Below the pieces are notes generated by a model. It was not told the DNA's origin. It did no database searches and worked only from the letters and a program-made list of their open reading frames with translations. This document shows positions 28,629 through 37,495 of a stretch of 58,991 nucleotides of DNA, one piece after another (positions within the stretch are counted from its first letter, which is position 1; each line of letters begins with the position of its first letter). Position numbers and translations under genes: made by a program. Origin of the DNA: an uncultured virus (IMG/VR IMGVR_UViG_3300025641_000004) (Duplodnaviria > Heunggongvirae > Uroviricota > Caudoviricetes); IMG/VR virus record IMGVR_UViG_3300025641_000004. One strand, 5' to 3'.

Positions 28629-29060
28629 ATGACAATAACAAATACACTAAATTCGTTGCCGCGTTCTTTCGCGGTTGGGTTCGATTCAATCTTTGATAGA
28701 TTAGAATCAAGAGAGAAAGCATCTTATCCTCCTCACAATATTGTGAAGCATAATGAGGATGAGTTTGAAATCGCACTAGCAGTCGCAGGCTTCAGTGATA
28801 AAGATCTTTCCGTCAAACAAGACGGAGATCAACTTATCGTTGAATCTGATTGCGTTGAGCTTAATGGAGATAAAGAATATCTTCATAAAGGAATTGCTAC
28901 TCGAAGTTTCATCAAGAAGTTTACATTAGCCGATCACATTCGTGTCGAGCAAGTAGCGCTTGTTGATGGTATACTTTCAGTTCTACTAAAGAAAGAAATT
29001 CCTGAAGAAATGAAACCTAAGAAGTTTACTATTCTTCCAGAGTTTATTAACGAAGATTAA
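28629..29060 (+). CDS. small heat shock protein (Hsp20/IbpA-like)
   Basis: SYPPHNIVK, LAVAGF, YLHKGIATRSF, DGILSV. Confidence 0.95.
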   Translation: MTITNTLNSLPRSFAVGFDSIFDRLESREKASYPPHNIVKHNEDEFEIALAVAGFSDKDLSVKQDGDQLIVESDCVELNGDKEYLHKGIATRSFIKKFTLADHIRVEQVALVDGILSVLLKKEIPEEMKPKKFTILPEFINED

Positions 29061-29081
29061 ACTTTGCAGTTAAAACATAAT

Positions 29082-29115
29082 AAAAGGGTTCTTCAGAAAT
29101 GAGGAGCCCTTTTTT
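29082..29115 (+). terminator. Rho-independent terminator after hsp20
   Basis: AAAAGGGTTCTTCA-GAAA-TGAGGAGCCCTTTTTT. Confidence 0.85.
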
Positions 29116-29128
29116 ATTAACTTTAGTA

Positions 29129-29157
29129 TTTACATCTATAATAAAAGATGATATAAT
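29129..29157 (+). promoter_or_regulatory. sigma70-like promoter for gp43
   Basis: TTTACA-N17-TATAAT, 6 nt before ATG 29164. Confidence 0.8.
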
Positions 29158-29163
29158 ATATAC

Positions 29164-31692
29164 ATGAAGAACAGCATTAGTGGATTCTACACCAGCGTCG
29201 ATAGACACATGAACATGATTAAGTATCGAGGATACGATCATGATGGCAAAAAAATATATGATTCATTTAAATATCGGCCAACGCTTTATGTAAATAGCAA
29301 AGACCGTAACTCAGAATGGAAAGCGATTGATGGAACTCCTGTAGGCCCAATGCAGTTTGGCACTATGAGCGAATGCCGCCAGTTCTGTAAACATTATGAA
29401 GATGTTCCTTCGTTTAAAATATATGGAAATGAAAAGCATGTTCCAGCATTTATCCAAAGCCAGTGGCCTGGCGAAATTGAGTATGATAAAAAGATGGTCG
29501 ACATTCTTTACATCGATATTGAAACTGCTATTGGTACAGGCTTTCCAGAACCAATGCGAGCAGAACAAGAGATTCTTACAATCGCAGTAAAGAGTAGCCG
29601 TTGTGATACTTATATCATCTGGGGACTAAAGGATTATGACCTTTCTAAAAGTGAAGTGCCACATCTTAGAAAAGAGTATCGCCAGTTTGATACTGAAACC
29701 GAACTCTTAAATGATTTTCTAGATTGGTGGAGTGATCCTATTAATACTCCAGATGTTATCACTGGTTGGAATACAGAGTTCTTTGATATTCCTTACATCG
29801 TTAATAGAATAGCTCGTATGTTGGGCAACGATGCAACCAAGCGATTATCTCCTTGGAAAAAAATTACAGATAGAACCGTAAATGTATTTGGCCGTGAGCA
29901 AACCAGCTATAACATTATGGGTATTCAACAACTCGATTACCTTGACTTATTTAAAAAGTTTACTCTTAATACTTATGGCCAACAAGAATCATATAAGCTA
30001 GATAATATTGCCGAGGTTGTTCTTGAACAAAAGAAGCTAGCTTTTGAAGGCGATCTAAAAGAATTATATGAACAAGATTTTCAGAAGTTTGTTGATTATA
30101 ATATCGTTGATGTTGAATTGATTGAACTGTTTGAAAAGAAACTTGGCTTAATTGATTTGGTATTTACTCTAGCATATTTTGGCGGAGTTAATTATACAGA
30201 TACGCTCGGTACTGTTTCTATATGGGATAGTATAATCTTTAGGAATCTTGCTAAAAAGAAAATAGCGATTCCTCCATCAAAACCAAGTGCTAAAGCAGAA
30301 TATGCTGGAGGGTTTGTTAAGCCAGTTGTGCCAGGGATGTATGATTGGGTAATGAGCTTCGATTTGAACAGCTTGTATCCTAACCTTATTATACAATATA
30401 ATATGAGTCCTGAGACCCTCGTAAGGCATTCTACAGTGCCTAATATTACACCTGATCGAGTACTCGAAGATCAAACAAACATATCCCCTGACAGTAATTT
30501 GGCGGTTGCCGCAAATGGCGCAACATTTAGTAGACATAAGCAAGGGTTTCTACCAGAGATTATTGAAGAGCTTTATAATAAGCGTAAGAAGATTAAAGCA
30601 GAAATGCTAGATAAAAAGAAAGAGAATGAAAAGCAAAAAAGTAAGATATTAGACTCAGAAATCGCCAGACTTGAAACTGAACAAATGGCGATCAAGATTC
30701 TAATGAACAGCCTGTATGGAGCTTTGGCTAACAGATGGTTCCGTTACTTTGATCTTCTTGTTGCTGAAGGAATTACTCTTACAGGTCAACTTGTTATTCG
30801 TTGGGCAGAACAACATGCAAACAAATGGTTATCTTCATTCCTTAAAGATGAGAAGCCAGTTGATAGAGTTATAGCAGCAGACACTGACTCCATTTACGTT
30901 AATGTTCAAGATGTAATTGATAAGCTTAATCCAAAAAGTCCAGTTGAGTTTCTTGATAAGTTTGGTGAAGAAGGTATGGTTCCTGCATTGGAAAAAGCTT
31001 TTAATAAGTTAGGCGGTATTACAAATTCATATAAGAATACGATGGTGATGGCGCGAGAAGCTATTGCTGATAAAGCTATATGGACTGCAAAGAAACGATA
31101 TATTTTAAATGTTCTTAACAATGAAGGTGTTCAATATGCTGAGCCGAAAATTAAGATCATGGGTATTGAAGCTATTAAGAGTTCTACTCCAAAAGTATGT
31201 CGAGGCGCTATGAAGGAAATGTTTAAAGTAATGATGAGCGGGGATGAAGATAAAACTCAAAAAGCGATCGCTTTCTTTCATAACCACTTTAATTCTTTGC
31301 CGGCCCATGAAATCGCAAGTCCTCGTGGAATTAATAATGTTACAAAATATTATGATTCACAAACTCTATATTGTAAAGGAACACCAATGCATTGCCGCGC
31401 GGCCTTAGTATATAACGATCAGTTAAAGAAGTTTAACTTAACTAATAAGTATAGGGAAATCCAAGGCGGCAATAAAATTAAGTTTGTATTTCTTAAAAAG
31501 CATAACCCAACTGGAGAAAACGTAATTGGGTTTATTGATAAGTTGCCACACGAATTTGGTTTAGATAAGTTCATTGATTATGAAACTCAATTCCAAAAAG
31601 CTTTCCTTGATCCAATTAATCTTATCTTACATGCTATTAGTTGGTCGGCAGAACCTCAAGCTAGTTTGGAAGACTTCTTTGGGCAAGTATAG
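29164..31692 (+). CDS. 43: family B DNA polymerase gp43
   Basis: DIET, GWN..FD, DLNSLYP, K..MNSLYG, DTDS, KKRY; C-terminal clamp peptide SLEDFF. Confidence 0.98.
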   Translation: MKNSISGFYTSVDRHMNMIKYRGYDHDGKKIYDSFKYRPTLYVNSKDRNSEWKAIDGTPVGPMQFGTMSECRQFCKHYEDVPSFKIYGNEKHVPAFIQSQWPGEIEYDKKMVDILYIDIETAIGTGFPEPMRAEQEILTIAVKSSRCDTYIIWGLKDYDLSKSEVPHLRKEYRQFDTETELLNDFLDWWSDPINTPDVITGWNTEFFDIPYIVNRIARMLGNDATKRLSPWKKITDRTVNVFGREQTSYNIMGIQQLDYLDLFKKFTLNTYGQQESYKLDNIAEVVLEQKKLAFEGDLKELYEQDFQKFVDYNIVDVELIELFEKKLGLIDLVFTLAYFGGVNYTDTLGTVSIWDSIIFRNLAKKKIAIPPSKPSAKAEYAGGFVKPVVPGMYDWVMSFDLNSLYPNLIIQYNMSPETLVRHSTVPNITPDRVLEDQTNISPDSNLAVAANGATFSRHKQGFLPEIIEELYNKRKKIKAEMLDKKKENEKQKSKILDSEIARLETEQMAIKILMNSLYGALANRWFRYFDLLVAEGITLTGQLVIRWAEQHANKWLSSFLKDEKPVDRVIAADTDSIYVNVQDVIDKLNPKSPVEFLDKFGEEGMVPALEKAFNKLGGITNSYKNTMVMAREAIADKAIWTAKKRYILNVLNNEGVQYAEPKIKIMGIEAIKSSTPKVCRGAMKEMFKVMMSGDEDKTQKAIAFFHNHFNSLPAHEIASPRGINNVTKYYDSQTLYCKGTPMHCRAALVYNDQLKKFNLTNKYREIQGGNKIKFVFLKKHNPTGENVIGFIDKLPHEFGLDKFIDYETQFQKAFLDPINLILHAISWSAEPQASLEDFFGQV

Positions 31693-31730
31693 ATAAAACA
31701 AAGGTATGACACTCACACAATAAAAAACAA

Positions 31731-31922
31731 ATGAACCAACTAAACAGAAACCTGACAAACGTTATTAACGAATTACAACAAGACTATTTAAAGTTTGATG
31801 ATACCGTAAGAACCATCGAAGTTCTTAATGCGATTAACAATTACTTTCACACGACAGAGGAAACTCCTTTGTCTAATAAAAGCAGAGACATTCTAAAAGA
31901 AATTAAAATATATGGAAAATAA
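31731..31922 (+). CDS. hypothetical protein
   Basis: 63-aa ORF in operon position, overlapping the next start. Confidence 0.6.
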   Translation: MNQLNRNLTNVINELQQDYLKFDDTVRTIEVLNAINNYFHTTEETPLSNKSRDILKEIKIYGK

Positions 31923-32442
31923 TAAAACAGTAGAAGACGTGATAAAACTAATTCCAGAAACACTTGATGATTGGGTAACGCTTGTTCCTAAAAATGACTC
32001 TCTAACATGGCAAGCATCATCTACCGATTGGCCAAGCGATATTGATAACATGCATAATAAGTATGGTGTTCATTGCGCGCTTAAAAAGTTAGATAGTAAA
32101 GACCTAAGAGAATTTCTAAACTTTCGTTTAGACTTCCTAGAAGAAGAACTTACTGAAACAAAAAATGCAGTTGGTAAACTACATTGTGATGACGTTGATT
32201 GCGAAGAAGTGGTTGATGGTTTAATTGATCTTTGCGTTGTCGCTATTGGAACGTTAAATGCGTTTGGAGTTGACGAACATAAAGCGTGGGAAGCAGTTCA
32301 TAACGCTAATATGAATAAGGAAGTCGGCGTTAAAGAAGGTCGAGACAATCCACTAGGTCTTCCAGATTTAGTAAAGCCTAAAGGGTGGGTCGCGCCAGAT
32401 CATTCTGATAATCACGGGTTTCTTCCTAAATTAAACGAATAA
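31912..32442 (+). CDS. MazG-like all-alpha NTP pyrophosphatase (candidate dCTPase/dUTPase)
   Basis: FLEEELTE, EVVDGLIDL, AVHNANMNK, LVKPKGW. Confidence 0.8.
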   Translation: MENNKTVEDVIKLIPETLDDWVTLVPKNDSLTWQASSTDWPSDIDNMHNKYGVHCALKKLDSKDLREFLNFRLDFLEEELTETKNAVGKLHCDDVDCEEVVDGLIDLCVVAIGTLNAFGVDEHKAWEAVHNANMNKEVGVKEGRDNPLGLPDLVKPKGWVAPDHSDNHGFLPKLNE

Positions 32443-32446
32443 AAGA

Positions 32447-32475
32447 TTTACATTTTAGTAAATATAGTATATAAT
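32447..32475 (+). promoter_or_regulatory. sigma70-like early promoter
   Basis: TTTACA-N17-TATAAT, 7 nt before ATG 32483. Confidence 0.8.
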
Positions 32476-32482
32476 ATTAATT

Positions 32483-32686
32483 ATGGATTTACTTCTATTC
32501 ATCATGCTTTTAATAGTGGCAAGCCTTTGCTACTTAATACCCACTTTTGTGGCGGTCGTAAATAAACATAAATACGCTCTTCCTATTTTTATAGCTAACC
32601 TATTCTTTGGCGTTACGGTTGTGGGATGGGCCGCTCTATTAATCTTTGCTATACTTAAAGAGTTTAGAGCAGAAAATAAAGTATGA
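32483..32686 (+). CDS. imm: superinfection immunity membrane protein (T4 Imm-like)
   Basis: YLIPTFVA...H...IFIANLFFGVTVVGW pattern; hydrophobic; close to gp42/43 as in T4. Confidence 0.8.
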   Translation: MDLLLFIMLLIVASLCYLIPTFVAVVNKHKYALPIFIANLFFGVTVVGWAALLIFAILKEFRAENKV

Positions 32687-33621
32687 AATATTCATTAACT
32701 ATATTTAAATCAATCTTTGATAATTCGACTCATCGTAAGATGTCCTTTGACGGTTGGGATGAGTTTAAAGAACTTCTTTTAAACCTTAGTAAAGAAGATG
32801 GTTATAAACCAAAGAAAGACGAAAGAAAAGATGGTTCACCTCTTATCAGCCCAGCAGTATATGATAAAGATGAAAAGCGAAGAAATGTAAATGTTTTATG
32901 TTGGGGTGGTTGGGCTGCAATTGACGTTGACGATTATGAGTGTAATTTCGAACAAGCGTTGGTTGTTTTTAAAGATATCAAATGTGTTGTTTATAATAGC
33001 GCAAGCTCGACAAAAGAAAAGCCAAAGTTCAGAGTTATTATACCATTCACAAAGACTATAGAAAAGGATGATATAAAGCATTTATGGTTTGCTCTGAATA
33101 AAGAGTTTAATTCATTAGGCGATCCACAAACGAAGGATCTATCAAGGATGTATTACGTCCCAGCACAATATCCAGGTGCTTATTCATTCATTCATTGTAA
33201 CGATGACGCCGACTTTTTAGATGTTGATTTAATAATGAAAAAGCATCCGTTTATAGTACCTCAAGAAAATTCATTTAAAAGTAAACTAAGTGAAGAAATG
33301 AAAATTAAGCTGATGAAGTATAAATCTAATCAACTTAACAACACCTCTATTACTTGGTCTTCATATAGAGATTGCCCATTTGTAAATAAACAATTAGTAA
33401 ATGAATATCGTGTTATTTCAGAAACTGGTTGGTATTCTAAATTATATTCAATTATGGTTAGTATTGCCGGATCCGCAATACATAAAGGATACCCAATTAC
33501 TGTTAATGAAATTGTAAAGCTTGCTAAAGATATTGATATGGATACTGGATGCTGGTATAAAAATAGGCCATTAGATATTGAAGCAGAACGCGCATTAACC
33601 TTTGCACTTCAAAATGCGTAA
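32683..33621 (+). CDS. AEP/PrimPol-like primase family protein
   Basis: AIDVDD, YNSASS...PKFRVIIP, D...KD.SRMYYVP, helical C-terminal domain. Confidence 0.65.
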   Translation: MKYSLTIFKSIFDNSTHRKMSFDGWDEFKELLLNLSKEDGYKPKKDERKDGSPLISPAVYDKDEKRRNVNVLCWGGWAAIDVDDYECNFEQALVVFKDIKCVVYNSASSTKEKPKFRVIIPFTKTIEKDDIKHLWFALNKEFNSLGDPQTKDLSRMYYVPAQYPGAYSFIHCNDDADFLDVDLIMKKHPFIVPQENSFKSKLSEEMKIKLMKYKSNQLNNTSITWSSYRDCPFVNKQLVNEYRVISETGWYSKLYSIMVSIAGSAIHKGYPITVNEIVKLAKDIDMDTGCWYKNRPLDIEAERALTFALQNA

Positions 33622-33636
33622 TTAATAAATAATATT

Positions 33637-33969
33637 ATGAAGATTGAAACCAAACTGAAACGCCAGTTTAATAAAATACAAAAGGATACTGGTGTAAAAC
33701 TTCCAGCTGACTATGAGTATTATTGTGGTTTATATAAATGGCCAAAAGGTTTGCGTAAGATTCTTAGTAAACGATTCAATAGCAGTTGTATGCTACATGA
33801 TATTCAACATGTTTCAGGTGTTATTGATTATAAAGAAGCCGATCGCATGTTCCTTAAAAACGCTAAAGAACAAGCGGGGCGCAACGATTTTTGGATATTA
33901 ATGGCATATGTATTTTACGGCGCCGTTCGTATATTAACAAAAACAAAAGCAATACGAAACAAGAAATAA
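33637..33969 (+). CDS. hypothetical protein with C..HD / ADxxF motif (DUF1353/PLA2-like helical fold)
   Basis: YYCG, CMLHDIQH, EADRMFL; late-type AATAAATA 5 nt upstream. Confidence 0.55.
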   Translation: MKIETKLKRQFNKIQKDTGVKLPADYEYYCGLYKWPKGLRKILSKRFNSSCMLHDIQHVSGVIDYKEADRMFLKNAKEQAGRNDFWILMAYVFYGAVRILTKTKAIRNKK

Positions 33970-33996
33970 AACTCTAAACATTATAAATAAATTTAT

Positions 33997-34218
33997 ATGA
34001 AAAAGAAAAACAAAAGAGCTCGTGACGAAGAAGGCCAGTTTGTTGGAGATGATCCAAGCACTCCTGATATTAATGAAGCCTTTGCAGAAGATGCTCAACC
34101 ACCTAAAGAAGCACCAGCTAAAGCGTCAGGCCCTAAAAAACTAACTCCGGGCCAGATTAAGAAATTAAAAGGCGAATGGGGTAGCCAGTTTAAAAATAAA
34201 TTTAAAGGACGTTATTAA
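33997..34218 (+). CDS. small late hypothetical protein
   Basis: RARDEEGQFVGDDPSTPDINEA motif; TATAAATA at 33982-33989. Confidence 0.7.
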   Translation: MKKKNKRARDEEGQFVGDDPSTPDINEAFAEDAQPPKEAPAKASGPKKLTPGQIKKLKGEWGSQFKNKFKGRY

Positions 34219-34243
34219 TATTCACGTAAATAATTAAACCATG

Positions 34244-34281
34244 ATATGGCTTCTAGTATTTTTCTAGAAGCCATATTTGTT
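34244..34281 (+). terminator. terminator-like hairpin
   Basis: ATATGGCTTCTAG-N7-CTAGAAGCCATAT followed by TTGTT. Confidence 0.75.
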
Positions 34282-34282
34282 A

Positions 34283-34311
34283 TTTACAAACTTGGTAAAA
34301 TATGGTATAAT
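34283..34311 (+). promoter_or_regulatory. sigma70-like early promoter
   Basis: TTTACA-N17-TATAAT. Confidence 0.8.
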
Positions 34312-34343
34312 ATCTTTATACATAATTATACTAACATTACAAT

Positions 34344-35042
34344 ATGAACATTAAATCCGTAAGAGACACCTTAGCAAATCTCCATAAAAATAAAGAATAT
34401 GTCATAGTTAATAAACAATTAACTGTTGAAATTATTGGAGCATCTTTCATAGCAAATACTGATTCTATATTTGGTTTGGCCAATGAAGATTATATTGATC
34501 GAGAATTAATGTGGTATAGAAGTATGTCTCGTAATGTAAATGATATTAAAGGTAAGGTTCCAAAGATCTGGGAAATTGTTTCATCGCCAAAAGGAGAGAT
34601 AAATTCAAATTATGGATATCTAATAAATCACAAAGATAACTATTACCAATACAAGAATGTATTAGAAACTCTTAAGAAGGATCCTAACTCGCGCAGAGCA
34701 ATAATGATTTATACAAATCCTAAAATGCATACTCAATTTAAAAGGAAAGGTATGACAGATTTTGTTTGTACAAATACTGTTCAATATGTTATTCGTAAAA
34801 ACAAATTGTCTGCAATTGTCCAAATGAGATCAAACGATGCTTGGGCCGGTTATAGAAACGATTACGCTTGGCAGAAATATGTTCTTAACAAGTTAGCAAA
34901 AGACCTAAATTGCAAAGAAGGTAACATTCATTGGAATGCTGGTAGCTTACACGTATATGAAAATCAATTCTACCTACTAGACCATTATTTAAAAACAGGA
35001 GAACACGAGATTACTAAAAAACAATATAATAACAACCTCTAA
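34344..35042 (+). CDS. 42: dCMP hydroxymethylase-like enzyme (gp42 family, thymidylate synthase fold)
   Basis: NSNYG, DFVCTNTVQY (catalytic Cys), MRSND...RNDYAWQ (Asp specifying dCMP), GSLHVYE. Confidence 0.9.
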   Translation: MNIKSVRDTLANLHKNKEYVIVNKQLTVEIIGASFIANTDSIFGLANEDYIDRELMWYRSMSRNVNDIKGKVPKIWEIVSSPKGEINSNYGYLINHKDNYYQYKNVLETLKKDPNSRRAIMIYTNPKMHTQFKRKGMTDFVCTNTVQYVIRKNKLSAIVQMRSNDAWAGYRNDYAWQKYVLNKLAKDLNCKEGNIHWNAGSLHVYENQFYLLDHYLKTGEHEITKKQYNNNL

Positions 35043-35058
35043 AAACCCACCACCCAAT

Positions 35059-35808
35059 ATGTACAGTATTAAAAAACTAGGATATGACGATTGGAATGAC
35101 GCGCTTGATGCTTTCTTAGAATATAAAACCAGAGATGTGGAAAAAAACAATTTATCATTTGATGAATGGTATTCTTTTAAAACAAGAATCAAAAAAATTA
35201 ATGAAAAAATTAAAAATGGGGAAGCATCTTCTAATGTTAATAAACATATAAAAAAAGATATCAAAAAACATAGCGATGACTCTGAAAATTTAACATTAGC
35301 AGAAAATGAAATTTTGGAAATGCTGAATAACTTAAATTTAGATGTAAGCATTTCGCCTAGATATAAAGAAGAATCATACTCTGAAAGAATATGCAGAGAA
35401 GCGGAAGAGCTAGCTCGCCGCGCCCATATTGGTCAAACTCGCCATAATGGAAACCCTTACATTCATCATATTGAAGATGTTGTTAACATAATTAAATCTA
35501 ATAGTAATAGCAACACCGCTGAAGCAATTATTGTTGCATGGTTACACGACGTTATTTCAACCACTTCTTACACAAGTGAATTTTTATTAGAGCAATCTTG
35601 GGTAACTAAAAGAATGCTTAATGCTATTGAAGAAATTGAAATTGGTTATTTTGAAACATATCAACAGTATGTTAACAGATTAAAAGAAAATAATTTAGCT
35701 TGGGTCGTTAAGTTAGCAAAGCTTATGTCTCTTATGGATAATAATCCGACACAAGATGAGCAATTTGAGATTGAAACATTTTGCGATTATCTTGAAGATG
35801 AGCCGTAA
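35059..35808 (+). CDS. RelA/SpoT-hydrolase-like HD domain protein, apparently degenerate
   Basis: AHIGQTR..G.PYIHH and AWLHDV present; ED and ADR..N motifs replaced. Confidence 0.7.
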   Translation: MYSIKKLGYDDWNDALDAFLEYKTRDVEKNNLSFDEWYSFKTRIKKINEKIKNGEASSNVNKHIKKDIKKHSDDSENLTLAENEILEMLNNLNLDVSISPRYKEESYSERICREAEELARRAHIGQTRHNGNPYIHHIEDVVNIIKSNSNSNTAEAIIVAWLHDVISTTSYTSEFLLEQSWVTKRMLNAIEEIEIGYFETYQQYVNRLKENNLAWVVKLAKLMSLMDNNPTQDEQFEIETFCDYLEDEP

Positions 35809-35826
35809 AATAACTAAATAAAAAGA

Positions 35827-35855
35827 TTTACATTCTTATTAATATGTGGTATAAT
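35827..35855 (+). promoter_or_regulatory. sigma70-like early promoter heading the modification operon
   Basis: TTTACA-N17-TATAAT, 7 nt before ATG 35863. Confidence 0.8.
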
Positions 35856-35862
35856 TAATCAT

Positions 35863-36210
35863 ATGAATAAGGAAGCTAAAGAAAGTATTAAGGTATTACG
35901 AGAGTGTGCCGAATTACAAACTGCTAAATCAAGAGATTATCAAAATCCTAACAGCCGAATTAAACAAGCTGATTATTATCCACGAGGCATCGCATCTATC
36001 TTAGATATTATTTACGCCAAAACTCTTAGAATGTATTCGGTTCTAGAAGCTATGGAATCTGATACTGGATATGAGCCAAACTTTGAATCTCTTGAAGATT
36101 CTGGTAAAGATCTTATTAACTATGCGTCGTTCTTAGTAGCTTATATGAGACATGGCGTAGATGGCCAAGATGTTAATAAAGATTTTTTAAATCGAAACGG
36201 AAACAAATAG
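35863..36210 (+). CDS. nucleotide-modification-associated all-alpha domain protein
   Basis: K.RDY, K..R, ESLEDS..DLINY pattern; located in the modification cluster. Confidence 0.65.
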   Translation: MNKEAKESIKVLRECAELQTAKSRDYQNPNSRIKQADYYPRGIASILDIIYAKTLRMYSVLEAMESDTGYEPNFESLEDSGKDLINYASFLVAYMRHGVDGQDVNKDFLNRNGNK

Positions 36211-36217
36211 ATATATT

Positions 36218-37495
36218 ATGAGAATCGGCATCGGCAAGATTGGTAAGTCTGTATTATTCAATAGTAAAAATTGGGGCGCTGTTGGCGGTGACAATGAAGC
36301 TCCTATTTTATATGAACACCTAATAACACAAAACCCTGAGCATACTTTTGTTATGCTTGGCGCTAGTGACTTTGATAGATTATCTATTGCCGAGCAAGAA
36401 CGGATTAACGTTCATGGTAATTTCATATATGCTTTCTCTGGGTTTTCCGAATGGCGAAAAAATCAATGGGATAAATCTAAAGCTCAACACCCTTCAAATG
36501 ATAGGCAAGAGTTTATGGAAAACATTATTATTCCAAATCCAAAATTTGAAATTGATGCTGGTGTTTTTATGTGCGGTCAAGTTGCAACTTCTAATGTTGG
36601 GGGTTGGGCTCGTAAACAAACAGATCATACTCAATTAGCAAAGCCACTTGATGTTCAACGAAAGTACGCAGGACCAACAATTCATTATCTTAATAAGTAT
36701 AAAGAAGTACCTTGGTTAATGTTATTAAACGATCCTCGCCTTTATCCTGGGAAGATGAGAGACCTAATGAATCCTCCTAGGAAGATCTTTTCACAATATA
36801 ATCAAAAGTGTTTACACCGTAATAGTATTGAATATGATAGCCCTGTTAGGGAAATAACAGAAATAGAACAATTATATAAAGGTATTGAAACTACATTTTT
36901 AATTGGAAAAGAAAAGGGTAAATCTATTCAAGAAGCACCAAACACATTAGATAGTTTCTTTGGTGAGCCTGAAGAAAAGACAACTGAAAAAGATATTAAC
37001 TTTATGATTGTTTGTAATGAGGGCAAACCATCGCGTTATCCTGATTTGAAAAAATATATTTTAGAACATGTCGATGATGTTGATATTTACGGACAATGGA
37101 ACTCCGATACAATTGGAGATGACTCTCGATTCAAAGGACCTAAGAAGTTTAACGATTTAATGAGAATGTTGCCACGAGTTAAATATACTTTTTGTATTCC
37201 AATTAAAAAGGGTTGGGTTACCGCAAAGTTTTGGGAAATGGCTCATTATGGAATTATACCATTCCTGCATCCAACCTATGATCAACAAAAACATTTGGAT
37301 GTACCTGATTTTATTAGAGTAAAAGATTCTAAAGATCTTTTTAATAAAATTAAATTCCTTGAAGAAAACCCTAAAGCTTATCAGCAACTTCGCGATCAGT
37401 TAGATGATATTCTTAAAGAAGAGTATTATGATGGGAGTTATCTCAATGATTTGATCCTAGGTAAATTAACTGAACTAAATAAAAGTAATGCATAA
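36218..37495 (+). CDS. GT-B glycosyltransferase, beta-glucosyltransferase-like
   Basis: GGDNE, LLNDPRL, DIYGQW, VTAKFWE; occupies the T4 bgt position; internal TLDSFF. Confidence 0.65.
   Translation: MRIGIGKIGKSVLFNSKNWGAVGGDNEAPILYEHLITQNPEHTFVMLGASDFDRLSIAEQERINVHGNFIYAFSGFSEWRKNQWDKSKAQHPSNDRQEFMENIIIPNPKFEIDAGVFMCGQVATSNVGGWARKQTDHTQLAKPLDVQRKYAGPTIHYLNKYKEVPWLMLLNDPRLYPGKMRDLMNPPRKIFSQYNQKCLHRNSIEYDSPVREITEIEQLYKGIETTFLIGKEKGKSIQEAPNTLDSFFGEPEEKTTEKDINFMIVCNEGKPSRYPDLKKYILEHVDDVDIYGQWNSDTIGDDSRFKGPKKFNDLMRMLPRVKYTFCIPIKKGWVTAKFWEMAHYGIIPFLHPTYDQQKHLDVPDFIRVKDSKDLFNKIKFLEENPKAYQQLRDQLDDILKEEYYDGSYLNDLILGKLTELNKSNA

Noticed and set aside
34344..35042. Thymidylate synthase (td)
   Set aside because: RNDYAWQ (Asp) and CTNTVQY match the gp42 dCMP-modifying family rather than dUMP-specific ThyA.
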